A stretch of DNA of 64,000 nucleotides from Bilabrum cf. latius (taxonomy: Eukaryota). Position numbers and translations under genes: made by a program. A model generated the notes under the pieces. The model was not told the origin of the DNA and searched no databases. It worked only from the letters and a program-made list of their open reading frames with translations. Positions 25,704 through 36,857 of this stretch are shown here, in pieces. Each line of letters starts with the position of its first letter. Within the stretch, counting starts at the first letter, position 1. The stretch lies in assembly GCA_965178125.1 (NCBI GenBank), contig OZ237754.1, positions 310,001 through 374,000 on the forward strand. Reading direction: 5' to 3'.

Positions 25704-27595
25704 ATGTCCATTACAACGGAGGAGGTTAATTTGATGATATTTAGGTACTTGCAGGAGACGGCTCATGAGCATTCAGCTTTTACCTTTGCGCATGAAGCAA
25801 GATTAGCGAGATCGTCGGTAGCTCTGGCCAACATACCACCAGGGTTACTAGTTGAACTCCTTTAGAAGGGCCTGCAGTATGCTGAGATGGAAAGAGAGAT
25901 CGTGGCGGGAAACACAGACCCTGAAGTGCCCAAGCCGCCTGCTGGGCTCACAACGATTTTTAATGCAAGCCCTAGATCAGCGTCATACTAGGCTGAGTTG
26001 TAGTCAAAGTCACAGGCTGAATCAGGTGCGGGCGCTTCGTCGGCTGCGATGAAGGACGACGAAGACGATACCAGCGAAGCCGAGGCAAGCAAGCGAATAC
26101 AGTCGCTAAAGCTTCTAGAGACTAGTCCTGTCGTTTTGGTTCGTCGCCCAATGAGCAGTGTTGCCGCAGTCTGGTAAGTCGCGGCCACCCAAACGCGCGA
26201 GCATCGGGAGTTAGCAGCATGTGCTGTTCGATGAACCAACCACTCCCGCCACAATTGGCTTATCATGATGGCCTTTCCCCCGCCTCGCAGTGGGACCGAC
26301 GGCAGCATCGTGACTGTTGATACAGGCGCATCTGACCGCAAATCCACGATTATACGCCTGCAGCTGCCGGACCGCCCAGCCGCTGTGCAGGCCAGCGTCG
26401 ACGCCATGCGTGCCAGGGCCGTCGCAGCTGCCTCTGGCAGCACTGCCTCGAAAGCAGGCACAGCGGCAGCCTCCGGTGCCTCTTCCTCCTCTTCCGCTGC
26501 AGCCTCGTCCTCATCGACTGGCGCCGCGCAGGGTGCTCTAGATGCGGTATCGGCGACTGCATTCGACGAAGTCACTGACCTGTCTTGGAGCGTGAGACGT
26601 CCGGAACCGACTCGCTCTCGCTGGTTGCCAGCATTCGATGACACTGCCTGCGTGTAGACACTTGATCTTGCACGCTGGACTTTCGCATTGTTTTGTGATG
26701 TGCCTCTTGTCCTCTTTTTGATCTCTCGCAGCCTGACGGCAAGTACATTGCAGCTGCAGCAGCAGATGGCAGGGTGGTGGCTTGGCAGTCCGACAGCAAG
26801 GAGGCCGCGGCCACCATGATCGGACACAGCGGGCCGTGCATGGGAGCGCAATTTAGTGCAACAGGAGCGTACCTCGGCAGCTACGGCTCCGACGGGCGAG
26901 TGGTGATCTGGGACCCTGATGACTGGACGAGGCACAGCGTGGTGTCGGTGCACGGCGCAGCCGTGCTCGGCTTTGGCTGGCAGACTGACTCTGTGTTTGC
27001 GACCTGCTCGGCAGACCGCATGGTGTATCTGCACCGTCTGGGCAACAAGAAGCCGATCAGGACGTTCCAGGGGCACGGGGCGGCTGTCACCACCATGGAG
27101 TGGGACGGCGGGCGCAGCTTGCTCGCGACTGGATCGGACGACACGTCGGTGCGCATCTGGTCCCCCAAGGAGGGCCTCGTGGCCTGGCTCACGGGGCACG
27201 CGGAGGAAATAGCCGACATTTCATGGTCTCCTGTGGGCTTTGACGGGAAGAAGGCGGACAAGACGCAGCAGCCCGCCATCGCCAGCTGCTCCTTTGATGG
27301 CTCGGTGAGGCTGTGGGACGCCAAGTCAGGGAGGTGCTCGGCGCGGATTGCCGCGCATAGCTCCATGGCGTGCTCTGTCGCCTTCAGCCCGACCGGTGCA
27401 ACGATTGCGAGCGGTGGCGCGGATGGCGACCTGGTGATCTCCTCCCTTGCAGACGGGCGGATCGCGGCCAGGATCCACCTCGATGCCCCCGTGCACTCGG
27501 TTATGTGGGATGGCAGGGATGCCGACAGGGCCATTGCTGCGCTCTCGGATGGAACCATTGCATGCGTGAACTTGAGAGCAGGAAAAGCAGAATGA
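25704..27595 (+). CDS. TBL1: LisH plus WD40 protein, TBL1/SIF2-like
   Basis: join(25704-26173,26291-26591,26732-27595). MSITTEEVNLMIFRYLQE..HSAFTF...IPPGLLVELL(TAG)KGLQYAEME matches the TBL1 N-terminus. WD repeats (FATCSAD, FQGH, LATGSDDTSVRIW, IASCSFDGSVRLWD). TGA stop. Confidence 0.88.
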
Positions 27596-27720
27596 AGATA
27601 ATGCCATGCAATCAAGGTTTAAGTATGCACGCTACGGACCGACTCGGCCGCCACGTGGCGCCACAGCTAGCATGCCCTTGCGGGACGTTTCCCACCCAGA
27701 TCGGATACTCCTTGCTACGA

Positions 27721-30036
27721 TCACGAACTGCCGCTGCCAGAAGCTGCCTCGCTGGTTCCGTCATACGCGTGCACCACTCTCGCGAACACGTCCTCCAGCG
27801 TCACTTGCCCCACGCCCCAGTCCGTGATACCACCCTCCCTAGCATTGTCGTGCATCAGCCTAAACATGTTCGACAAGGGCATGCCACCCGTGGGGACCAG
27901 GAAGCTCGCATACCCTTGGTAGTCTTGGTCGATGCTAGCTGTAGGGAACAGCCTAGCGATCAGACCAACCGCTCGCTCCCTCCCCAGCGCCTTCCCACCT
28001 CGCTCGGGAACCCCTGCAGCCGCTGCACCTGCAACAACTGCGCCGCCAGAGTCGCGCTCGTAGTTCACAAAGAGTCTGTAGCCTTGTCCGAATCGGTTGC
28101 GCAGCGATTGTGGGGTGCCAATCACGCGCACCCGCCCATCGCAGACTATAGCAATCCTGTCGCTCAGCAGCTCGCACTCGTCCATCGAGTGCGACGTCAG
28201 CACCATGCTTCTAGGCCTGCCAGTGTGGGACGGGAGGCGTTTGGCCCGCTCAATGACTCTCCACAGGCGCCGCCTAGAGGCGAGATCCAGCCCCGCAGTG
28301 GGCTCGTCCAGGTAGGAAAGCACCGACCTGCCCGTGAGGCTGATGGCGGTGGAGAGCCGACGGCGCATGCCTCCGGACAGCTGGCCCGCTGCGCGTTTGC
28401 GCACAGCAGCAAGGTCAACTGCCTCCAACTGGTTGTCAACTTCCACCTGCAGTCCCTCAGGCTCCACGCCCTTGAGCCTGGCATAGAAAAACAGGTGATC
28501 CTCTACGGACAGGTCGTCCCACAGCACGCTGTGCTACGGGCAAAGCCCAAGGGACAGGTGAACGCCTGTCGGGTCGCGATCGACGTGGTGGCCACCCACC
28601 CACGCATCGCCAGCAGTGGCTGGGATTGTCGCCGAGATGCAAGCAAACGAGGTGGACTTTCCGCACCCATTAGGCCCGACCATTCCCAGCACCTCCCCAG
28701 GATTCAAGGCGTAGTTCATATCCTGCACCGCCACTTTCAGGCCCATTGGAGTGTCGAATTCTTTGCGAAGAGCCCTGACAATCAGAGGTGCGGGCGCGGC
28801 GGCAGCGTGCCGATCCAGCGCACTGCCCGTCAGGCCGTCAAGGCCGGCTCGGACAGGTGCGGTGCCATCGTCCCCAAAACCCAACAGCTTCGCGATCCGT
28901 CTCCTCTCCTCTGTGACCATCGGGTCCTCTCCCCTCGCCTGCTCGAACGCATGCTGCTCGCTGCCAGCGTGGGGAAACAATCCAAGGAGTGGACGCCTGT
29001 CGTTCACCCGCAGCGGAGCAGAGTCACCGAGACACTACGCAGGTGACGGGGGCACCAGGCCACCCTATGAGGAGGCCAGGCCTGGCATGCCCCCCAGACC
29101 CACGCTGCCAACTGAGCCATCGTTGGTGTGGCTATTGGACAGCAGAGATTTTCTCATGTCGTCGGCAGAGTCCGAGTTTCCGGCTTCCTTCTCACCCTTG
29201 GAGCCTCCCGCAGAATTTCTTGCTCCGGAAGAGCGGCAGCTGCAGGTGCAATTGTTCTCCAGCCATCCGTGAGGCAAGCACCAGCGAAAGCAGCAGCAGG
29301 GGTGGGACGGCACCTGGTGCTCACCCGGGAGCACCTGTTCCAGGTAGACAGCCGCAGCCATGTAAATCACTGCATCGATGAATAACCATGCAATCACCCA
29401 GCGCATCTCTGTGCCGGCTGCGGTCGCCTGCGCAAAGTTGTCAAGGCAGTTTCCCTTAAAGATACACGCAAAGTTCATCAGGTAGATCCCCCTGCAGAGC
29501 GCAAAAATCGGCATAACATGCAGCCACGAGGGCATCCGAGCTCCGTACGAGAACGGCGGCACGTTGCCGTAGATTCCGTCTGCCAGAACTGTTCCTATCA
29601 GCGTGCCGAGCAATGCAACAGCATATCCAACGATGGTTGCCACGCGCCTGGAGCCCAGCAGTGATGCCACAAAGGCTGCCAGCGAGGTCAGCGCCATGCC
29701 CCAGCCGACAAAGAATAGCAGAAGCAGCAGCGGACTTGTGGAGAGGAAGAAACTGAAACGCAGGATCGCTCCGACGGCCCAGAAGAACCCCACCACACAG
29801 AGGTACATGCCCATGTTCAGCAGGTAGTTCGTCCCGAAGTACTCGTAGTCCCGCATGCCCATGGCGCGCTGCAGCTGCAAGAGTCCCGTCTCGCGCTCCA
29901 GAACGGTCGTGAAGCTAAATAGAGGGAGCTGCAGGGTCAGCCCGATGGGGTACAGGAACGCGCCGAACACCTGTACCAGGCTCTCCAGGTTCTGCACGAT
30001 ACGCTCCGGCATGGTTGCAACCACCTTGACGGACAA
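27721..30036 (-). CDS. ABCA: ABCA transporter, 3' part (TMD2 plus NBD2), separated from the 5' part by a mobile element
   Basis: One frame with TAGs at 29065, 29035 and 28534. VLERETGL...AMGM, Walker A GPNGCGKST, Q-loop LGLCP(TAG)HSVLW, LSGGMRRRLS, YLDEPTAGLD, LTSHSMDECE, TLEDVF. TGA 27721-27723. Confidence 0.92.
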
Positions 30037-30189
30037 AAACTGACATTGATTTGTACGTTACATCGAATCAGTTCTAGAACCTCCGGTTAGGGTTGCTAGA
30101 AAATGCGAGGGCGTGCTGGGCCCCGGCTCCTCGGGCGGTTGACCACCCGTGGCGCCACAAGGGGACCCGGCTGCTGGTGCAGCCTGCGC
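30035..30189. repeat. Split direct repeat B2 (155 bp)
   Basis: Identical by eye to 30915-31069. Confidence 0.95.
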
Positions 30190-30744
30190 GCCTGACGCGG
30201 GTAAGCAAAGTGCCTACCCACCGGAGGTATCATTCAATCATACAATGTAAGCAGATGCGCTCGAAGATCTAAACACCCAGCCAGTGGCTGGGAAAAGTCA
30301 CCCGAGCTCGGTGCCGCCCTCTCAGTGAGGTGACGACCCCTACATCCAAATCCCTCAGAGTGTCTGCATGGCCTGGACTATAAAGACCGAAAATGTTCCG
30401 GAAGAAAACTATCCATGCCTGGGTGCCGCCCTCTCGTTGAGATGACGACCCCGTCTTCTGCTGACTGTCCCGCGGTGTGATTTGTTGGCTGAGGATGCCG
30501 ACAAACTCACGCGCGATCCTGGGTGTCGCCCTTCGGTGTCCGGTGGCGACCCCTGTACCTCTGGGTGTTGAGTCATGATCCCTGCCCTGCAAGATATGCG
30601 CTATCGTTGCGCCAAATCGCAGGCCCTGGGCTGTCCTCGCGCTCCAAATTGCTGTGGTACGCGTGGGCTCTTTGCCCCATCATTCAGGGACTTGAGTCAT
30701 GACACTCCTCTCTGCACTTCCTCTACACTTTGCGGGTGGGCGGG

Positions 30745-30842
30745 AAAACTTTTGCAAGCTGACTCAGAACTACACTACATTGTAGTACGTGTCTTCTTGA
30801 GCACTGCCGAGATCAGTATCTTCGGCGTACCCTCGGGAAGAT
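30745..30842. repeat. Split direct repeat A2 (98 bp)
   Basis: Identical by eye to 36760-36857. Confidence 0.95.
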
Positions 30843-30914
30843 GAGTCGGCCTTCACGCAAATCAATCCCAGTTTCTACAGTTCCGGTCTTACTGATTGTA
30901 ACCCCAGACCTGCT

Positions 30915-31069
30915 AAAAACTGACATTGATTTGTACGTTACATCGAATCAGTTCTAGAACCTCCGGTTAGGGTTGCTAGAAAATGCGAGGGCGTGCTGGG
31001 CCCCGGCTCCTCGGGCGGTTGACCACCCGTGGCGCCACAAGGGGACCCGGCTGCTGGTGCAGCCTGCGC
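30915..31069. repeat. Split direct repeat B1 (155 bp)
   Basis: Identical by eye to 30035-30189 (aaaaactgacattg...gcagcctgcgc). Confidence 0.95.
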
Positions 31070-31574
31070 CGTACTGACCCGCAGATTTGGCCACCTGTGG
31101 CCACTGCGGCTTGCCGCCCTACGCATACTGACCTGTGGGTCACATTAATCCGCTCCTTGGATATAGTCGCCACGATGGCTGCTGTCCGCTTTGCTTGCCA
31201 CTAGTGGTAGTCATCTGTCGGTGGTGACCACCGTGGAGCCACTTGCATCGACTGTTGTGTTGAACTGTCAGGTTATGGTGGCTGATCTGCAGCATTCACC
31301 GTACCACCGATGAGCCTAGTCGTTGATCGCAACCAGAGATGTCAATTATATACGAAATCCTCGCCGAGCTTAATACTGGTGCCTAAGATGCATTCAAGTA
31401 CACAGGTTGCTGCGGGAGTGATCATCGCTTTCGTCGTTGTTAGTGCTATCCATTCGACAGGACCTCCCAGTCTAGCTTACAAATGGTGCATATGGTGCTG
31501 CTCATTTTGTCCTGTCGTTGCTAGTGCTGTTCATCCGGAACTTACAAAACTCTGTTGTCGAGCTGCGTCCCTGC

Positions 31575-32161
31575 AAATGGTGCAATTGCTCACACAGGCT
31601 GCCTTGGGGATGGGCATCTCCTCCTTGGCAGCTAGTGCTGTTACTATGACAAGACCTCCTGGTCGAGCTGTTCAATGGTGTACATGGTGCAATTGCTCAC
31701 ACAGGCTGCCTTGGGGGTGGTCATCTCCTCCTTGGCAGCTAGTGCTGTCGCTATGACAAGACCTCCTGGTCGAGCTGTTCAATGGTGTACATGGTGCAAT
31801 TGCTCACACAGGCTGCCTTGGGGGTTGTCATCTCCTCCTTGGCAGCTAGTGCTGTCGCTATGACAAGACCTTCTGGTCGAGCTGTTCAATGGTGTACATG
31901 GTGCAATTGCTCACACAGGCTGCCTTGGGGATGGTCATCTCCTCCTTGGCAGCTAGTGCTGTCGCTATGACAAGACCTCCTGGTCGAGCTGTCCAATGGT
32001 GCACATGGTGCAATTGCTCACACAGGCTGCCTTGGGGGTGGTCATCTCCTCCTTGGCGGCTAGTGCTGTCGCTATGACAAGACCTTCTGGTCGAGCTGTT
32101 TCATGGTGCACATGGTGCAATTGCTCACACAGGCTGCCTTGGGGGTGGTCATCTCCTCCTT
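31575..32161. repeat. 107-bp tandem repeat array, block 1 (~5.5 units; more diverged copies at ~31430-31575)
   Basis: atggtgcaattgctcacacaggctgcc... recurs every 107 nt (ORF starts at 31675, 31782, 31889, 31996, 32103). Confidence 0.95.
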
Positions 32162-32163
32162 TG

Positions 32164-32978
32164 CATGTGGTCGTAGTCCCGAGAAATCCACGACGATCCT
32201 GGCCTATTCACTTGGTACTATGCGTCGCTGCATGCCCACGCCGGGGCTGAGCTTCCAAGCGTACTTCCGGACCAGCAAGGCTCTCGGCATATCTGATGTT
32301 GCTGGTGTCGATGTAACTCGAATGAATCCTGCCTCAACCTGCTTGCGAATCTCAGTAAACAGGGCTGATTGCGTTGAGGTACCTTCGTGCCAGTCGGCGT
32401 CCCCACCGTCTCGTGGAGCCTTGATCGCTGCGTCAGGCTCGAGGTACCAGTGGAAAGGCGCGCCATACTTGCGTAAGACGTGCAACACCTCCGCCACCGG
32501 ACAACACTGCGTGGTGCAGATTGAGAATGTAGCTGGCTGCATCCAATACAGTTTGTCCCCACTGTGCACTTGCATGCTCCTCAGTGCGCTGCTCTGCGAG
32601 TTCATGCCGCTACGTTGCTCCACAATAGCCCTCTCGGTGTGCTCTGCTCTGGCTCCCTGACGGGCTACGAGAGTTCGCTCCTGGGTGGCCTGCTTTACAG
32701 CGGACGACTAATTCCTCGAAGCCTCCTCCCGGGTCCCCCCAAGGCTAACTCTAGCATCAAGGGATGGTCCCGTGGATTTGACAGGCAGTATGAGTCCCCC
32801 TTCGCCGTGACCTAGTCGGACCTCTCCTTCTAGTGCGAACGTCGGAGGCACTCTGCCGCCTTGCTGCTGCTACGTCGGTGCTGATGTTCGTGCTGCTTCC
32901 TACTACCGCGGCTGCCCTGTGACCTGGCCCTTCTGCGCCTCGCGCTGGGGGTGCTGTCGTCGCGCCGCTAGTAGATGT
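32164..32978 (-). pseudogene. Truncated retroelement pol fragment ending just after the early RT motif
   Basis: About 270 codons open apart from 5 TAGs. VLHVLRKYGAPFHW...SALFTEIRKQVEAGFIRV...LLVRK...E(TAG)ARIVVDFSGL resembles the RT N-terminus (EIxxxxxxGxI; RxxxDxxxLN). No YxDD, RNase H or recombinase follows. Confidence 0.65.
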
Positions 32979-33327
32979 TCTCCTCCTTGGCCGCCAGTGC
33001 TGTCGCTATGACAAGACCTTCTGGTCGAGCTGTTCAATGGTGCATATGGTGCAATTGCTCACACAGGCTGCATTGGGGATGGTCATCTCCTCCTTGGCAG
33101 CTAGTGCTGTCGCTATGACAAGACATCCTGGTCGAGCTGTTTCATGGTGCATATGGTGCAATTGCTCACACAGGCTGCCTTGGGGGTGGTCATCGCCTCC
33201 TTGGCAGCTAGTGCTGTCGCTATGACAAGACCTCCTGGTCGAGCTGTTTCATGGTGCATATGGTGCAATTGCTCACACAGGCTGCCTTGGGGGTGGTCAT
33301 CTCCTCCTTGGCGGCTAGTGATGTCGC
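32979..33327. repeat. 107-bp tandem repeat array, block 2 (~3.2 units)
   Basis: Same unit as block 1 (ORF starts at 33037, 33144, 33251). Confidence 0.95.
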
Positions 33328-33360
33328 GGTTGAGCATCGTAACACAACCTTAAGTTATCC

Positions 33361-36300
33361 AATGGACGACTCGCAGCAACCCACCCAGGCTCGCCAAGCT
33401 GCCCACAGCAGCAAAGGCGGCCAGTGGCAGGCGCATTCAGGCGCCATCACAGACAAAGGCAAGCGGACGTCAAATGGACGACGCGCAGCAACCCACCCAG
33501 GCTCGCCAAGCTGCCCACAGCAGCAAAGGCGGCCAGTGGCAGGCGCATCAAGGCGCCATCACAGACAAAAGCAAGCGGACGTCAAATGGACGACGCGCAG
33601 CAACCCACCCAGGCTCGCCAAGCTGCCCACAGCAGCGAAGGCGGCCAGTGGCAGGCGCATCAAGGCGCCATCACAGACAAAGGCAAGCGGACGTCAAATG
33701 GACGACGCGCAGCAACCCACCCAGGCTCGCCAAGCTGCCCACAGCAGCAAAGGCGGCCAGTGGCAGGCGCATCAAGGCGCCATCACAGACAAAGGCAAGC
33801 GGACGTCAAATGGACGACGCGCAGCAACCCACCCAGGCTCGCCAAGCTGCCCACAGCAGCAAGGTGGCCAGTGGCAGGCGCATCAAGGCGCCATCACAGA
33901 CAAAGGCAAGCGGACGTCAAATGGACGATGCGCAGCAACCCACCCAGGCTCGCCAAGCTGCGCACAGCAGCGAAGGCGTCCAGTGGCAGGCGCATCAAGG
34001 CGCCATCACAGACAAAGGCAAGCGGACGTCAAATGGACGACGCGCAGCAACCCACCCAGGCTCGCCAAGCTGCGCACAGCAGCAAAGGCGGCCAGTGGCA
34101 GGCGCAGTCAGGCGCCATCACAGACAAAGGCAAGCGGACGTCAAATGGACGACGCGCAGCAACCCACCCAGGCTCGCCAAGCTGCGCACAGCAGCGAAGG
34201 CGTCCAGTGGCAGGCGCATTCAGGCGCCATCACAGACAAAGGCAAGCGGACGTCAAATGGACGATGCGCAGCAACCCACCCAGGCTCGCCAAGCTGCCCA
34301 CAGCAGCAAAGGTGGCCAGTGGCAGGCGCAGTCAGGCGCCATCACAGACAAAGGCAAGCGGACGTCATATGGACGACGCGCAGCAACCCACCCAGGCTCG
34401 CCAAGCTGCGCACAGCAGCAAAGGTGGCCAATGGCAGACGCTTCAAGGCGCCATCACAGACAAAGGCAAGCGGACGTCAAATGGACGACGCGCAGCAACC
34501 CACCCAGGCTCGCCAAGCTGCGCACAGCAGCAAAGGCGGTCTGTGGCAGGCGCAGTCAGGCGCCATCACAGACAAAGGCAAGCGGACGTCAAATGGACGA
34601 CGCGCAGCAACCCACCCAGGCTCGCCAAGCTGCCCACAGCAGCAAAGGCGTCCAGTGGCAGGCGCATTCAGGCGCCATCACAGACAAAGGCAAGCGGACG
34701 TCAAATGGACGATGCGCAGCAACCCACCCAGGCTCGCCAAGCTGCCCACAGCAGCAAAGGTGGCCAGTGGCAGGCGCAGTCAGGCGCCATCACAGACAAA
34801 GGCAAGCGGACGTCAAATGGACGACGCGCAGCAACCCACCCAGACTCGCCAAGCTGCGCACAGCAGCAAGGTGGCCAATGGCAGACGCTTCAAGGCGCCA
34901 TCACAGACAAAGGCAAGCGGACGTCAAATGGACGACGCGCAGCAACCCACCCAGGCTCGCCAAGCTGCCCACAGCAGCAAAGGCGGCCAGTGGCAGGCGC
35001 ATCAAGGCGCCATCATAGACAAAGGCAAGCGGACGCCAAATGGACGACGCGCAGCAACCCACCCAGGCTCGCCAAGCTGCCCACAGCAGCAAAGGCGGCC
35101 AATGGCAGGCGCATCAAGGCGCCATCATTGACAAAGGCAAGCGGACGTCAAATGGACGACGCGCAGCAACCCACCCAGGCTCGCCAAGCTGCGCACAGCA
35201 GCAAAGGCGTCCAGTGGCAGGCGCAGTCAGGCGCCATCCCAAACTAAGGCAAGCGGACGTCAAATGGACGACGCGCAGCAACCCACCCAGGCTCGCCAAG
35301 CTGCCCACAGCAGCAAAGGCGGCCAGTGGCAGGCGCATCAAGGCGCCATCACAGACAAAGGCAAGCGGACGTCAAATGGACGACGCGCAGCAACCCACCC
35401 AGGCTCGCCAAGCTGCCCACAGCAGCAAGGCGGCCAGCGGCAGGCGCATCAAGGCGCCATCACAGACAAAGGCAAGCGGACGCCAAATGGACAACGCGCA
35501 GCAACCCACCCAGGCTCGCCAAGCTGCCCACAGCAGCAAAGGCGGCCAGTGGCAGGCGCATCAAGGCGCCATCATAGACAAAGGCAAGCGGACGTCAAAT
35601 GGACGACGCGCAGCAACCCACCCAGGCTCGCCAAGCTGCCCACAGCAGCAAAGGCGGCCAGTGGCAGGCGCATCAAGGCGCCATCACAGACAAAGGCAAG
35701 CGGACGTCAAATGGACGACGCGCAGCAACCCACCCAGGCTCGCCAAGCTGCCCACAGCAGCAAAGGTGGCCAGTGGCAGGCGCAGTCAGGCGCCATCACA
35801 GACAAAGGCAAGCGGACGTCAAGTGGACGACGCGCAGCAACCCACCCAGGCTCGCCAAGCTGCCCACAGCAGCAAGGCGGCCAGTGGCAGGCGCATCAAG
35901 GCGCCATCACAGACAAAGGCAAGCGGACGTCAAATGGACGACGCGCAGCAACCCACCCAGGCTCGCCAAGCTGCCCACAGCAGCAAGGTGGCCAGTGGCA
36001 GGCGCATCAAGGCGCCATCACAGACAAAGGCAAGCGGACGTCAAATGGACGACGCGCAGCAACCCACCCAGGCTCGCCAAGCTGCCCACAGCAGCAAAGG
36101 CGGCCAGTGGCAGGCGCATCAAGGCGCCATCAAAGAAGAAACAAGCGGACGTCAAATGGACGACGCGCAGCAACCCACCCAGGCTCGCCAAGCTGCCCAC
36201 AGCAGCAAGGCGGCCAGCGGCAGGCGCATCAAGGCGCCATCACAGACAAAAGCAAGCGGACGTCAAATGGACAACGCGCAGCAACCCACCCAGGCTCGCC

Positions 36301-36447
36301 AAGCTGCCCACAGCAGCAAAGGCGGCCAGTGGCAGGCGCATCAAGGCGCCATCACAGACAAAGGCAAGCGGACGTCAAATGGACGACGCGCAGCAACCCA
36401 CCCAGGCTCGCCAAGCTGCCCACAGCAGCAAGGTGGCCAGTGGCAGG
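33361..36447. repeat. 111-112-bp tandem repeat array (~27-28 units)
   Basis: aatggacgacgcgcagcaacccacccaggctcgccaagctg...ggcaagcggacgtca repeated head to tail with few substitutions and no unique spacers. Confidence 0.97.
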
Positions 36448-36759
36448 CCCCGTTTGCGACACAATGTTAATAATAATCTTGATTTACGATTCACTAGCGG
36501 CCTTGCTATGGTTTTTGGGATGCAATACAAGCATAAGTCGAGTTGCGCAGTGTTGTGCCTTGACGTGCCGTGTGCGTTATGAAGCAGCGCCGGGTGAAAT
36601 GCACTCGCAGCAGACCTTTGGCAGCAACTATGCAATAAGTGCATATACCAGCGTGCGTTTGACATGGGTTATGTTTACTTTTTCCTTATAGGGATCAACC
36701 TGAGACGAACACATCCCGATTGCCCTTGGAGCCAGCCGATAGGCCTCTCGAAAACTTTT

Positions 36760-36857
36760 AAAACTTTTGCAAGCTGACTCAGAACTACACTACATTGTAG
36801 TACGTGTCTTCTTGAGCACTGCCGAGATCAGTATCTTCGGCGTACCCTCGGGAAGAT
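36760..36857. repeat. Split direct repeat A1 (98 bp)
   Basis: Identical by eye to 30745-30842 (aaaacttttgcaagctgac...ccctcgggaagat). Confidence 0.95.

Larger units (their letters stand above)
30035..36857 (-). mobile_element. Non-autonomous Ngaro/DIRS-type (tyrosine-recombinase) retroelement with split direct repeats, inserted in the ABCA exon
   Basis: On the minus strand the order is A1 (36857-36760), 5.7-kb interior, B1 (31069-30915), A2 (30842-30745), B2 (30189-30035). No target-site duplication, an internal RT fragment, and removal restores the ABCA frame. Confidence 0.8.

Noticed and set aside
27370-29046. 558-aa plus-strand ORF and similar long antisense ORFs (25988-27199, 59249-60568, 40048-40983)
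   Set aside because: Shadow ORFs opposite well-supported GC-rich genes.
30086-30094. Telomere-like TTAGGG inside repeat B
   Set aside because: Only one hexamer; not an array.
30938-31430. Tyrosine recombinase remnant at the 3' end of the element
   Set aside because: No HSxRxG or GxWxS-type motifs seen in the minus-strand frames examined.
31575-36447. CRISPR array interpretation of the tandem repeats
   Set aside because: Units are head to tail with no unique spacers, there are no cas genes, and the context is eukaryotic.
33251-36691. Long 327-626 aa ORFs in all three plus-strand frames
   Set aside because: They arise from a nearly stop-free 112-bp unit cycling through frames, lie antisense to the element's RT fragment and have no domain.
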